A stretch of DNA of 64,000 nt, from NCBI RefSeq assembly GCF_037042905.1, contig NC_087251.1:11968001-12032000 (forward strand), read 5' to 3'. This stretch comes from Lytechinus pictus. Lineage: Eukaryota. Numbering within the stretch: the stretch's first letter is position 1; every line of letters starts with the position of its first letter. Shown here one piece after another: positions 51,401-57,429 of this stretch. Below the pieces are notes generated by a model that was not told the origin of the DNA, did not search any database, and saw nothing but the letters and a program-made list of their open reading frames with translations. The translations under genes were made by a program, and so were the position numbers.

Positions 51401-53611
51401 GGATTCAGCTGGTTTCAAGGGTTTCATTCTCCTTTAAAGGTGGATTTTTTCAGTTACCAGAATAGAGTTAAAAATTTTATGGGGTACATTTGAAGCCCTG
51501 CGACATATGCTTCAAGCTGATATACTGATTGTTTCTCGAGTTTTGTCTATTTGGATTTTACCGCTATTTTTGTCAAAAACGTTCCAACTAACCCCGGTTT
51601 CCCCTACTTGAAAAGAATTGAAGAAAACAGAAAAGATTACCAATTATTGCTAATTAGACATCCGCAACATACCCAAAATAACAAGAAACAAAGATTTTAA
51701 AGACGTTTCCCAGTTTTGTTTGTGCACATCCCAATCTGTGCACATTTTACGCCATGCACGTTGACATAACAATAAAAGTGAACAGGATGTGTAATAGAAG
51801 TTATTAGCTAAACATAATATATGGACCATTTTTAAAATGCCTCTACCTCTTCAGAATACTTTACTCTGCAGTGCTGTGAAGTATTACGAATATGACCTCA
51901 ATTTTTATCAAATGGGATAGTGGCGTAGAATTTTTCTTTATGTAGATACATGCCTTTTGACACGTTTTTTGTGTTTTCAAGTTCAAAAGCACATTTGCTC
52001 CAACAAAGGTGCTGATATAATTTGTTAACAAATTTTCGGCATTACTCCTATTTGTTTAAGATCAGTATGATCGATCTGTAATGAAAATCATAAGATCAGT
52101 ATGCTCGATCTGTAATGAAAATTATAAGATCATAAGTCAGAAAAAATTGGAACCAGTGAGATTCGAACCTGCCATCTACTGCTTTCCAGGCAGCCACTCA
52201 ACCACCAGGCTATTCTGGTTCACGGCTAAGCCACGATGAACTGGAATTTAAATACCCTCGATCCTTTTCTTTCTGACTCATTAATATTCAAATGCCGTCC
52301 GCCGTGGACAATAGATAGTAAATTAAGAGGCTTTTTTATAGGAGGAAATTATAATTTGTTAACAAATTTTCGGCATTACTCCTATTTGTTTAAGATCAGT
52401 ATGATCGATCTGTAATGAAAATCATAAGATCAGTATGCTCGATCTGTAATGAAAATTATAAGATCATAAGTCAGAAAAAATTGGAACCAGTGGAATTCGA
52501 ACCTGCCATCTACTGCTTTCCGGGCAGCCACTCAACCACCAGGCTTTTCTGGTTCACGGCTAAGCCAATTTTCGGCATTAAAAAGGTGCTGATAGTTTGA
52601 AAACAAGCACATGAATCCCATTTTTTAATGTTCACACCTCTTAAGTATATCTTTCTCTACAACCATGCAAAATCTGTTGAAAATGAGATGAATTTTGAAT
52701 AAAAAGTGACATTTATTGTTCTTCTTAAATTTGTTATATAAATTTCAATTTAAAAAAAATGTTTTTGTCATCTTTCACACCTTCTTTTCAAAATTGAAAG
52801 TGCTATTAAAAGAACAGCAATTTGAGTGGATTCTATAGCTTAAGTGTAATTTAGAAATTCTGTAAAATTTGGTGAAATTTAGATGGATTTTGACTGAGTA
52901 ATAGAGGTTTAAACATTGTGTTCTTGTGGCATCTAAAAATGCAAAATTATTTTTATTGCGTATTTCTGGAGACATTTCTCATGGGTAAACTTCAAAACAA
53001 GATAGCAAAAATCAGCACATGAACCCATGCTAAGTTTGCCTATTGGGAATATGTAGGTGCATTAGTAACACTGCAAAATTTGGTGAAAATTACATAGATT
53101 TCCTTTTAAATATGGAACGTCCTTACCTTAAGCTTTACTCTTTCATTTGGAGAAAGAGGAACAAAATAGGACTTTTAGCTTTCAAAGATAGAGAAAAAGT
53201 TTCTGCATATTACTAATACATGTGAGGACACAAACAAAATCATCTCATATTCACAAACATTTTTTTAATAAGTCATTTTGAGCTTTGAAATGTAATACTG
53301 CCCAATCTTCATTTTGCGAACACTACAAGGGTTTTCAATTATAAGACAGTATTTTGAGCATTGTGCATAAAATGCAAGCTGTTTTGACTCAAACACATTT
53401 TTTCATTGTATGTGTACTCCTAATTGATACGAATCACAAGCACACAAAGGGCACTGCATAGAATTCATGGCACACCATAATGTACCTACCTCACAAAATG
53501 TTCAAGGAGCTGTAATCCAAAATGCCTAATAACAGGAGAATGTTTTACATCAGCTAGCATGGCACCGCATGCCACACAATGGGGTGATGTGTCTTTGAAG
53601 TTCTCACAGAT
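1..53611 (-). CDS. XPO5: Exportin-5 (importin-beta family pre-miRNA/tRNA export receptor); partial spliced CDS, 22 exons seen, first coding exon and 3' exons not in evidence
   Basis: Exon translations match XPO5 motifs: VIRHFGLQLLEHFVR, KIVVEMIKREWPQQWP, QTELVLLILLRLVEDVV, GKIDERKPLMVLF, FLKKLCQV, YSRIDFDSDEEF, RTRSVQNVRRHACS, VVKRCCWPSDP, NLHHLPDYRLR. Splice phases join into one open frame (2552 nt). Confidence 0.97.
20..342 (-). other. U12-type (minor spliceosome) AT-AC intron of XPO5
   Basis: 5' site ATATCCTTT (342-334); branch site TTCCTTAAC (45-37); terminal TTAC at 23-20; splicing restores C|GT GTT GTG ACC AAG (R-V-V-T-K). Confidence 0.93.
343..479 (-). CDS. XPO5: XPO5 exon (CHLFSDCFQSLGYEFF...HLPDYRLRHII-R), ending at a U12 AT donor
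   Basis: ccttag| acceptor; followed by |ATATCCTTT; 137 nt. Confidence 0.92.
1238..1325 (-). CDS. XPO5: XPO5 exon (LLGNSTEIPANKPVVEKVQIFLTVIYET-T)
   Basis: tatcag| ... |gtaagt, 88 nt; an alternative in-frame acceptor 9 nt downstream is possible. Confidence 0.87.
1932..2032 (-). CDS. XPO5: XPO5 exon (TLNAMWSPECRAKV...ERNTIL-G)
   Basis: tgacag| ... |gtgagg, 101 nt. Confidence 0.9.
2466..3009. mobile_element. Kolobok-like MITE
   Basis: TTAA-flanked; TIR A(A/G)G(T/A)CAAG(A/T)CCACCCC; same family as 32289-32855 in opposite orientation. Confidence 0.8.
3368..4500. mobile_element. Helentron-associated (HINE/DINE-like) element with internal tandem repeats
   Basis: Subterminal inverted repeat AGCTCATCCGGC (3390-3401) / GCCGGATGAGCT (4483-4494), GGAC/GACA microsatellite, terminal hairpin, repeated AAATTCTGTGTAGAAGTTTGGTGAACCTCA units. 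Confidence 0.7.
4872..4987 (-). CDS. XPO5: XPO5 exon (VAKACGFISGHLPSGAPIYKNP...LFTLA-R)
   Basis: ttctag| ... |gtaagg, 116 nt. Confidence 0.93.
5987..6155 (-). CDS. XPO5: XPO5 exon (MIQSPESFIHNIGLD...VVKRCCWPSDPQ)
   Basis: gactag| ... |gtcaga, 169 nt. Confidence 0.9.
7067..7266 (-). CDS. XPO5: XPO5 exon (PHFEKIYTQVQTL...VWLSPHIT-E)
   Basis: ttgcag| ... |gtaggt, 200 nt. Confidence 0.93.
9307..9396 (-). CDS. XPO5: XPO5 exon (KTRTRSVQNVRRHACSAMVKMCRDHQTLML)
   Basis: tctcag| ... |gtatgt, 90 nt; conserved NVRRHAC. Confidence 0.95.
10275..10535 (-). mobile_element. tRNA-derived SINE remnant
   Basis: B-box GGGTTCAAATCCC on the minus strand, core CTGGGTTGAGTGCAGCACA, (TTA)n tail. Confidence 0.55.
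14659..15627 (+). CDS. Nested, intronless-CDS type I membrane glycoprotein with Ig-like ectodomain (322 aa)
   Basis: Hydrophobic N-terminal signal; V-set-like motif SLELTIKDVTRGDRGTYIL; second Cys-rich Ig-like domain (VNCTANVGSLPARIECY...FCCS); Ser/Thr-rich stalk; TM YLILYILVALLVIALFVVCVTFFY then KQRK; N-glycosylation sequons NAS, NCT, NDT, NST; unbroken 969-nt ORF in AT-rich DNA. Confidence 0.82.
   Translation: MANTITCLLILFLNGYKVKALSIMQGQEVNLVFPYPCSSTDVTLQSNRVPFYRSTSGLSPSLPQDQARRFTVQNRIEIGTCSLELTIKDVTRGDRGTYILFSYKDGLKDFFTKHEILLQVDYPPGNASCIVGAYKGGEWVAVNCTANVGSLPARIECYQNDLWMPTLTEPTVKESLLKQTILIQKSQTAFCCSTILNENKERCKCNDTALFLDDNSTIIDPCPTISTQTSISTTVYRNSHPNDLSTTATATTIHYKIKNQKSYLILYILVALLVIALFVVCVTFFYKQRKISQANRSNIKLEENSKDDQGSITERLNQSQEL
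16150..18897 (+). mobile_element. 5'-truncated CR1/L2-group LINE (RT fragment) interrupted by a MITE
   Basis: QYGFRP, FLDLTKAFD, QGSILGPLIFLLY|INDL...FADDTT once the MITE is removed; AATAAA and (ATTGA)n tail. Confidence 0.88.
16531..17517. mobile_element. Tc1/mariner-type MITE
   Basis: TIR CAGTGCATATCAAAAAAAAGTTTACACTTTGAAAAA at both ends, TA TSD; inserted in the LINE RT Tyr codon. Confidence 0.92.
19778..20612. mobile_element. HINE/DINE-like element carrying 4 x ~156-bp satellite units
   Basis: TGTCTCGCCCAC / GTGGGCGAGACA subterminal IR; units start at 19907, 20062, 20219, 20374; GACG microsatellite and 3' hairpin. Confidence 0.8.
22063..22520. repeat. (GAT/GGT)n compound microsatellite
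   Basis: Directly visible trinucleotide repeats. Confidence 0.95.
24366..24583. mobile_element. Small MITE
   Basis: TIR GGGGTGTTGCAAGAAA...TTTCTTGCAACACCCC. Confidence 0.7.
24756..24797 (-). CDS. XPO5: XPO5 exon (LFAAAVFSLPGLTK)
   Basis: tttcag| ... |gtaaag, 42 nt, phase 0-0. Confidence 0.87.
25542..25601 (-). ncRNA. Minimal type I hammerhead-ribozyme-like motif (Penelope-like element remnant)
   Basis: Minus strand GCCT-CCGACGA-A-GATTC-TGCTA-GGATC-GAAA-GCTT-AGGC; flanked by 14-bp direct repeat AGTATTGATTTCTA. Confidence 0.65.
25688..25783 (-). CDS. XPO5: XPO5 exon (DPVILSFQLTCISTLFPVLYHSKQHVESVLDK)
   Basis: gtttag| ... |gtaaga, 96 nt. Confidence 0.92.
26371..26528 (-). CDS. XPO5: XPO5 exon (KELCTNLCPSAIRWDAM...LNTRIE)
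   Basis: ttgtag| ... |gtatgg, 158 nt. Confidence 0.88.
27882..28004 (-). CDS. XPO5: XPO5 exon (HRYNQLEILRYATALCPE...APIEKEE)
   Basis: atccag| ... |gtatga, 123 nt, phase 1-1. Confidence 0.88.
28540..29240. mobile_element. HINE/DINE-like element with tandem repeats
   Basis: TACCCCCGCC (28559) / GGCGGGGGTA (29227) IR; repeated CCATGGCAACA...CATGAGAATTGGTT units. Confidence 0.7.
29684..29774 (-). CDS. XPO5: XPO5 exon (LGYPSRNDSAACAYSRIDFDSDEEFFLFFS)
   Basis: attcag| ... |gtgaga, 91 nt; conserved DFDSDE. Confidence 0.94.
30297..30509 (-). CDS. XPO5: XPO5 exon (VMEGESFVPPSNLASYL...FITTIQK)
   Basis: tatcag| ... |gtatat, 213 nt. Confidence 0.92.
30780..31050 (+). mobile_element. Degenerate SINE with Deu/Nin-domain-like core
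   Basis: B-box-like GAGTTCAAGTC; GGATAGGATGTTAAATGGAGGCCC...GCACGTAAAGAACCCA resembles the DeuSINE core as I recall it. Confidence 0.45.
31178..31277 (-). CDS. XPO5: XPO5 exon (KACSAGLDEKNHLFLKKLCQVITGLGSQMCAIW)
   Basis: tttcag| ... |gtaagt, 100 nt. Confidence 0.94.
31580..31656 (-). CDS. XPO5: XPO5 exon (GKIDERKPLMVLFCDVAMTELFNAA-V)
   Basis: taccag| ... |gtaagt, 77 nt. Confidence 0.94.
32289..32855. mobile_element. Kolobok-like MITE
   Basis: TTAA|AGGACAAGTCCACCCC...GGGGTGGACTTGACCT|TTAA. Confidence 0.85.
33251..34159 (+). CDS. LINE ORF1 protein (coiled coil + RRM-like/L1 transposase-22-like)
   Basis: RRDNLCITGVKE, CHRIG, ILVRL, VYINEDIT motifs typical of CR1/L2 ORF1; start at MASRK chosen by inference. 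Confidence 0.8.
   Translation: MASRKSKRNAGNFLPKTTTPKQQPSPRRPFIDDPEINSKVLTRRGMAAAVDEAEKGKGLFVNFNIDDHLQDIKEGERGKFADLLTSAVRAAVEAAIPAIIMAVKDVCLSAVKEEVNPHLLRLQYKQDELAQQLRRDNLCITGVKEEEETEEESEQGAKEEESEEKLKSKVIQCAAKAGVTIKKEDLSTCHRIGRKSEGKVRQILVRLVSRSKRDAIHAGRFKLKGDSSMDGVYINEDITPMRFAVLKTAKASPLVKRVSTQNGNIVCKLTDDSYKTIASPDDLFDIGLDTINYQNFKLHYME
34199..37129 (+). pseudogene. LINE ORF2 (AP endonuclease + reverse transcriptase) with disablements
   Basis: INIRSL, GLSEVW, IYRKP, GDF, IDHIY, SDHFPV; NYRPIS, QYGFR, DFKKAFD, GVPQGSVLGP, FADD; -1/+1 frameshift pair near 36241-36275 and a premature TAA at 36926. Confidence 0.9.
38007..38192 (-). CDS. XPO5: XPO5 exon (AKSACKVTQTVL...LAAECLQLIVHRK)
   Basis: tcttag| ... 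|gtaaat, 186 nt. Confidence 0.94.
38600..38626 (-). CDS. XPO5: XPO5 27-nt microexon (ESSAPQSSE)
   Basis: catacag| ... |gtaaat, phase 0-0, long upstream pyrimidine tract; fills the gap between the flanking exons. Confidence 0.75.
39131..42109. mobile_element. hAT-like non-autonomous element enlarged by nested repeats
   Basis: TIR CAGGGTTG...CAACCCTG, 8-bp TSD AGAAGAAC, subterminal GTTTTAAAAC repeats; contains Kolobok-like (~39700-40020, ~40750-41620), TTAA-CCC and SINE fragments. Confidence 0.82.
42335..42520 (-). CDS. XPO5: XPO5 exon (DSQTELVLLILLRLVEDVV...EKYQSL)
   Basis: ttacag| ... |gtaggt, 186 nt. Confidence 0.93.
42817..43761. mobile_element. hAT-like MITE with 6-bp TSD
   Basis: TIR CAGGGATGCCAG...CTGGCATCCCTG, TSD TTCAAT. 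Confidence 0.8.
44135..44272 (-). CDS. XPO5: XPO5 exon (KSTNVLEEENFIKEGPVKIVVEMIKREWPQQWPSLLEELDQMCQIG)
   Basis: attcag| ... |gttagt, 138 nt; conserved EMIKREWPQ.WP. Confidence 0.95.
44632..44704 (-). CDS. XPO5: XPO5 exon (FKWNDATVEQKLQFKNLTIEMITK)
   Basis: ctcag| ... |gtaaag, 73 nt, phase 2 to 0. Confidence 0.92.
46510..51037 (+). mobile_element. Full-length Ty3/Gypsy LTR retrotransposon (Mag/SURL-like)
   Basis: Two 162-bp TG...CA LTRs (46510-46671, 50876-51037), identical by eye; 5-bp TSD GTACA; PBS TGGCGACGAG (46674-46683, complementary to the tRNA-Ser(GCT) 3' end); PPT AAAGGAGGGAAA; single gag-pol ORF. Confidence 0.97.
46685..50665 (+). CDS. Gag-Pol polyprotein (Gag with two Cys/His knuckles, aspartic protease, RT, RNase H, integrase)
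   Basis: CSNCGRTH..C and CNSCSKMNH..C; LRLCVDLRAVN; FSKLD; MPYGL; TTDAS; TDHQAL; HESH...CEAC; TDNG; SNGGVERFN; PR-RT-RH-IN order typical of Gypsy. Confidence 0.96.
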   Translation: MAGIGLVAPNPFLATPGEPPVPWSRWILSFKTYLTASGLDTAEIPDLRRRAILIHCLGAEGQRIFGQLEVSTTGTYDKAVDELEKYFGPKTSVMIERYRFRQRVQGHGEPVKQYVAAITELASKCKFGTLNDELVRDQLIEKTSIPRIRERLLMEDDGLTLKKALDLAIQIEAAMLDAKLLKQHDVTVSASTGHSHTAHQATPVQNIKRPYHNKARSNHANLKSCSNCGRTHPPKACPAFGKRCNSCSKMNHFSSVCRSTKKSASSVRHVDESIEGDIASSVFTLSDRISSANSGQFKECEVQIAGTNLSLMIDVGAKVSILSDKLYHRHFSHCSLSSTSSKLIAYGEPPTLISVLGTVELPVGYKDVHLDSFTFYIAKGESLIGVNLFDALGFQMNDHTGERIRLIDNAYRERYAALFNKFGKCKGYCHAPRVDSSVPPTAQSLRRLPLAVRDEVSKELHRLESDGIIERIDSSPWVSNLVIARRKNGDLRLCVDLRAVNKAIIPDKYPLPTMNELSASFHGAKVFSKLDMRRSYLQVPLAEQSRHLTAFNTHIGMFQYRRMPYGLNSAPSAFQKIVSSVLAGIEGTLNLLDDVVVFGEDKAQHDQRLAEVMTRLAKHNLTLNEAKCTFAASDIDFLGYHVTASGLTPTLDNVAAIRTLPAPTNVKELASFLGTTNFYRKFVPQYAEIAEPLQKLLRKDALWEWHNAQETAFNTLKGRIAEPPVLAHFTPSAETYVTTDASAFAIGAVLSQTIDGSVRPVAFASRALSDTERKYSTGEREALACIYACEHWHMYLYGRKFTLRTDHQALTTLLSTSGSGHRPLRIYRWSDRLHQYDFKVEYLAGSRNRVADMLSRTPNANSNRDSHARSDIEDDVEDYVLMVISHVTAKLVTCEQLKTESAADATLQKVCHYLQTAWPREISEDLVPYHRVRNELAIFDDTCIARGTRAVIPKSLQHRVLQTAHESHPGVVKMKQRCREAIWWPAIDRRVEDLVRSCEACTLSEKTQPRPAPLQPTPWPKKPWQQLQVDIFGEVQAAPQSQRFLLVVHDLHSKWPEIAATSSVTTTSVISILEKMFTKWGLPESITTDNGPQFTSEQFEEFLAVNGIQHRLTTRYNPQSNGGVERFNRVIKESLKANLADGMTFDKAIQTLLRTYRSTPHSLTGKTPAELMLGRNLRMPFNILKPPVSEPASTQAEAREIERKQQSMKAYTDKRRRAITPKFAIGDWVRVKRPNRKHKLASGVSKPKQIVKKLGSNAFVLDDGTRWNTRRLIASKPGNMNESDWEDTFPFPTNTEDQEQQRAEPRTVRRSQRLRRRPGYLRDYRS
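52016..52581 (-). repeat. Tandem duplication (~217 bp, offset 334) containing tRNA-like heads
   Basis: Minus strand A-box TAGCCTGGTGG, B-box GGTTCGAAT, T-run terminator; flanked by AAAGGTGCTGATA direct repeat. Confidence 0.65.
53490..53611 (-). CDS. XPO5: XPO5 exon (ICENFKDTSPHCVACGAMLADVKHSPVIRHFGLQLLEHFV-R)
   Basis: tttgcag| acceptor, |gtaggt donor, 122 nt; importin-beta N-terminal motif RHFGLQ. Confidence 0.95.
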
Positions 53612-54444
53612 CTGCAAATTGGAAACAATGGATAGAGCTCTAGATAGCTATGTAGCTGTTCAAGACTCTTTTCATCTTTTTATAACAAATAATATATTGC
53701 ATTGACATGTATTGGGGGAACTATAGTGAAAGGGCAAGCATGAATAAAGACAGAACAGTGGGCAGTGATGCCAGCGAAAGAGGCGAGATGCAAGAGATCT
53801 TGCTCAAATTGAGAAATGAAAGGAAGAAGAATCAACAAATTTTCAAAACGAAAAACATAACTTGGGTGAAAGTCAAAATTACAAAGGAACTTTTGACAGA
53901 CAGATTCATATCAATGAATACACTGTGTTTGTAACATTTTTGTTACAAAAGATGTGCATCATAGATAACAGATGGATTCAGGACGCAACATGTGTGAATG
54001 TGATCGACATGCAAAATCACAATTTTGCAAGAAAGTTCACCACCATTTTCACAATTTAAGACTTACAGTACACTTACACACACTTATATTCTGTTGCCAT
54101 TTTTCTGCTGCAATTTTTCACACTACCCAATTAACAAAGGAATATTATGCTTAGTTATATTCAGTTCCAGGATTTTCTTAAGATATCTTTATGACTAGAT
54201 TGGTTAGCTCAAATTTATTGGCTTATTTATCCAGTATCAACCTCAGAAGCTTTATCAGCTAAATGATATCTCAACTGAGTTGATAGGATAACTAAGGGGT
54301 TATTAAACTTATTTTTCTTTGTTGTCAATATTTTGAAAAATAATGTGACTGCCACTTTGTGGATACCAGCTCATGACATACAACCTATTGAAATTGAGTA
54401 TTGTAAACAAAAGAATAACAAAAAGAAAACACACGTTGACTTGA

Positions 54445-55921
54445 CATTCTTCTTCCCGTCCTCTCTGAAATGCGCTCATGTTACACCACTGTTAAAGAAA
54501 CCCTCTCTTGATCCTGATTCTCTCCAAAATTACCGGCCGGTTTCTAACTTACCCATCCTCTTCAAAGTCCTTGAAAGGGTTGCTTTCTCTCGTCTTGCTG
54601 AATACTTTCATGACAATAATCTGTTTGACCCATTTCAATCTGCCTACAGACCCCACCACAGTATGGAAACCCTTCTTGTGAGCACCTCAAATCATATCCT
54701 CCAAGAGATGGACAGAGGGCGTGTGACTGCTTTACTCTTACTCGATCTATCCTCCGCCTTCGACACAGTAAACCATAATATCATGCTGAATACTTTAAGT
54801 TCGTTTGGTGTCAGAGGTGAAGCATTCAAGTGGTTTGAATCCTACATGTATCTTTCTTCCCATTCACAGATTGTATGTATAATGGCTGTCGATCAGCTGC
54901 TACACCTCTGACCCATGGTGTACCGCAGGGCTCTGTGGGCGGACCGACCCTTTTCTCAATATATATGATTGGATTGCGGCTAGGGATGCTCCGTCACGGA
55001 ATTGACTACCATATTTACGCTGACGATATTCAACTTATGACTTCTTTTGATTCAACTCAGCAAGCAGCTGATAATGCTATTCGTCATCTTCAATCATGTA
55101 TGATTGATGTTCACGACTGGATGCAAACCCATTCCTTGAAACTAATTTTAGATAAGTGTGAATTTCTTATGTTTGGCTCTAAAGTGCAGCTCAAAAAAAT
55201 TGATGTCAATTCCTTTTCATTTTCTGGCCACACAATTCATTTGTCTCAGACTTGCCGTAATCTTAAAGTAACTTTTGATTCACATATGACAATGTCTTCC
55301 CAAATTTCAAATATCTGCAAATCACTTCGGCATCATCTTTGCAACCTAGGATTTATCAGGAAATATTTATCTAAGTCCGCGACCGAAAAGATAGTACATG
55401 CCTTGATTTCCTCCCGCCTTGATTTCTGTAATGTCCTTATGTTTAATTTACCGCAGGCTCAGTTATATAAGCTTCAGAAGCTTCAGAATGCAGCTGCTCG
55501 CATTGTCACTTTGTCAAGTAAACACTCTCATATTACTCCCATTTTGTATTCGCTGCACTGGCTCCCTATCAAAAATCGGATTATCTTTAAGATTTTGTTG
55601 CTTGCTTTTCATAGTATTCTTGGATCAGCACCACAATACAGTCTTTCATTTATCAATTACTACAGACCAAGCAGGTCTTTGCGCTCATCCACTTCTGGCT
55701 TCCTTGTTATTCCAAGTTTCAAAAACTTGGGGGGAAAGATCATTTGCTTTTTCATACCCCACTTTGTGGAATAGCATTCCTGAAGACATAAAAAAATGTA
55801 CCTCTGTCAAAACTTTCAAAAATCTTCTAAAAACTTTTTTATTTAACTCTTAGCTCTTTGTGCGCCTTGAGCACTCTACAGAGTGGATTTGGCGCTTTAT
55901 AAGTCACATTATTATTATTAT
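54445..55921 (+). mobile_element. 5'-truncated L2-clade LINE, frameshifted RT
   Basis: NYRPVSNLP, FQSAYR, LDLSSAFDTV, GVPQGSV, YADD, LQNAAAR, LHWLP; L2-like 3' tail GCGCCTTGAG...GGCGCTTTATAAG(TAT)n. Confidence 0.9.
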
Positions 55922-57429
55922 TTCATGATCTATCTTTCATTTATCCCTTGGATACAACTGGGTTTAAAGGGGGAGTTCAACCACCTACAAGTCAAGATCT
56001 AACCACTTATTCAATGAACAAGGTTATGATATAACCTTGTTCTCTATTTGTACTCCATGTGTGGCAAAATAAGGTTGGCAATATTTGGCTTATTTTCTCT
56101 TTTTTCTTTAGAACAAATGCTTGAAATGCTTGATTGTTTGACACTGTCAGATTCCATTACAGCTAATCATCATATAACTTGGCTCTTAAAGGGGAATCCA
56201 ACCCAAATAAAAACTTATTTTAATAAGAAAGAGAAAAATCAGACAAGTTGTCACAAATTATCAAATAGGAATTCATAATTCTTTGGTGGATTTTCACTAT
56301 TAGTTTTCAGCAATAAAATTTGTCCTGCTCTTATTAGTTTTATTGAAACCAATGCAGGAATTACCTTTGGCTGGCGGGCACAAATTATTTCATTTGCACA
56401 CGAACGTGGTTCTAACTACATTGTATTCATCCCAGTTTATAACTAGTTAACGCGGTAACGGTACTGTCAATTTTCGAGGAGTACTCTACCGACTACCGTA
56501 CCTTAAGTTGAATCCAATGTCACAATCGATTATGAGAACATGGATATTCAATTCAATTCAAGACTTTATTCCAGACACAACTGCATAAGCAGAGGTCTAA
56601 CTAACTGATGTACCTATATCACATCTGCAGACAATTCATGACCTTGAATTCTAGTGTTACAGGTCTAGACCTAGATCCAAGCCATTTTCGTTAGGTCCCG
56701 CCCCGGGCTCCTGCCCTATTGCTGGGACAGCTTGCAACAGCAAAGTCAAAAGTAGTCTAGATCTAGATTCTAAAACAGGTTTTCAGAGTTAACTTTAGAA
56801 TCCAATGTCATAATCGATTATGAGACCATGATCTGGATACGAATTAACTGTACTGTTAGAACTAGGTATCACACATCACTTTTGTTAGATCTGTAATCGA
56901 TTGACATTGGATTCTAAATGTAGTCCCAATTAGCCGTTTTTCAATGTGTGATTTCAAGTTCGGTGTTGTTGGATTGCGTTTCCTAGCTCCAAAACCTATT
57001 CAGAGTTAAAACAAAACAATCCAGATCACAATATTGACAGCTCAACATTAAAGTGACTTTTAAGACCATCTATGGCAGTGAGTCCAAACTTCGCGTGTGT
57101 CTATACTTCGCGGACTGTCATCTAAAAAAATAGCCAATATCCTTAAAATCTGACATCAGCATGAAAAGTGACCTAAAATTACCCTTTGACATAAGTTTCT
57201 TTAGGATGAGTTCAGTTTCATGAAAATATTGACAAAAAATCAGCAAAATTGTCACCGTTAGCGCCCATTCCAAAGAAATCTGAAATTGTCAACAAGTATC
57301 ACGATATCAGTTTGCAAGCAGATATCATAAAAAATGTGAGTTCAATGTGGTACTGGCTGATTCTATATAGCATTTTGTCATCAATCTTGATAAATATCTC
57401 ACCTTTTGAGCTTAAATTTTTGTTTAAAT

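Larger units (their letters stand above)
46318..51433. mobile_element. Kolobok-like non-autonomous DNA transposon (~580 bp) split by the Gypsy insertion
   Basis: TIR AGGAGAATGAAAC...GTTTCATTCTCCT flanked by TTAA on both sides; ~190-bp imperfect inverted arms. Confidence 0.75.
44787..51604. mobile_element. Non-autonomous TIR element (TA-flanked, Tc1/mariner/pogo-like) containing the Kolobok-like and Gypsy elements
   Basis: TA|GGGGAGACCGGGGTTAGTTGGAAC ... GTTCCAACTAACCCCGGTTTCCCC|TA; internal copies of GGGGTAAGTTGGAACA. Confidence 0.7.

Noticed and set aside
52148..52225. Possible functional tRNA-Ser(GGA) gene
   Set aside because: T-stem mismatched, acceptor stem out of register, and it sits in a duplicated repeat; treated as tRNA-derived
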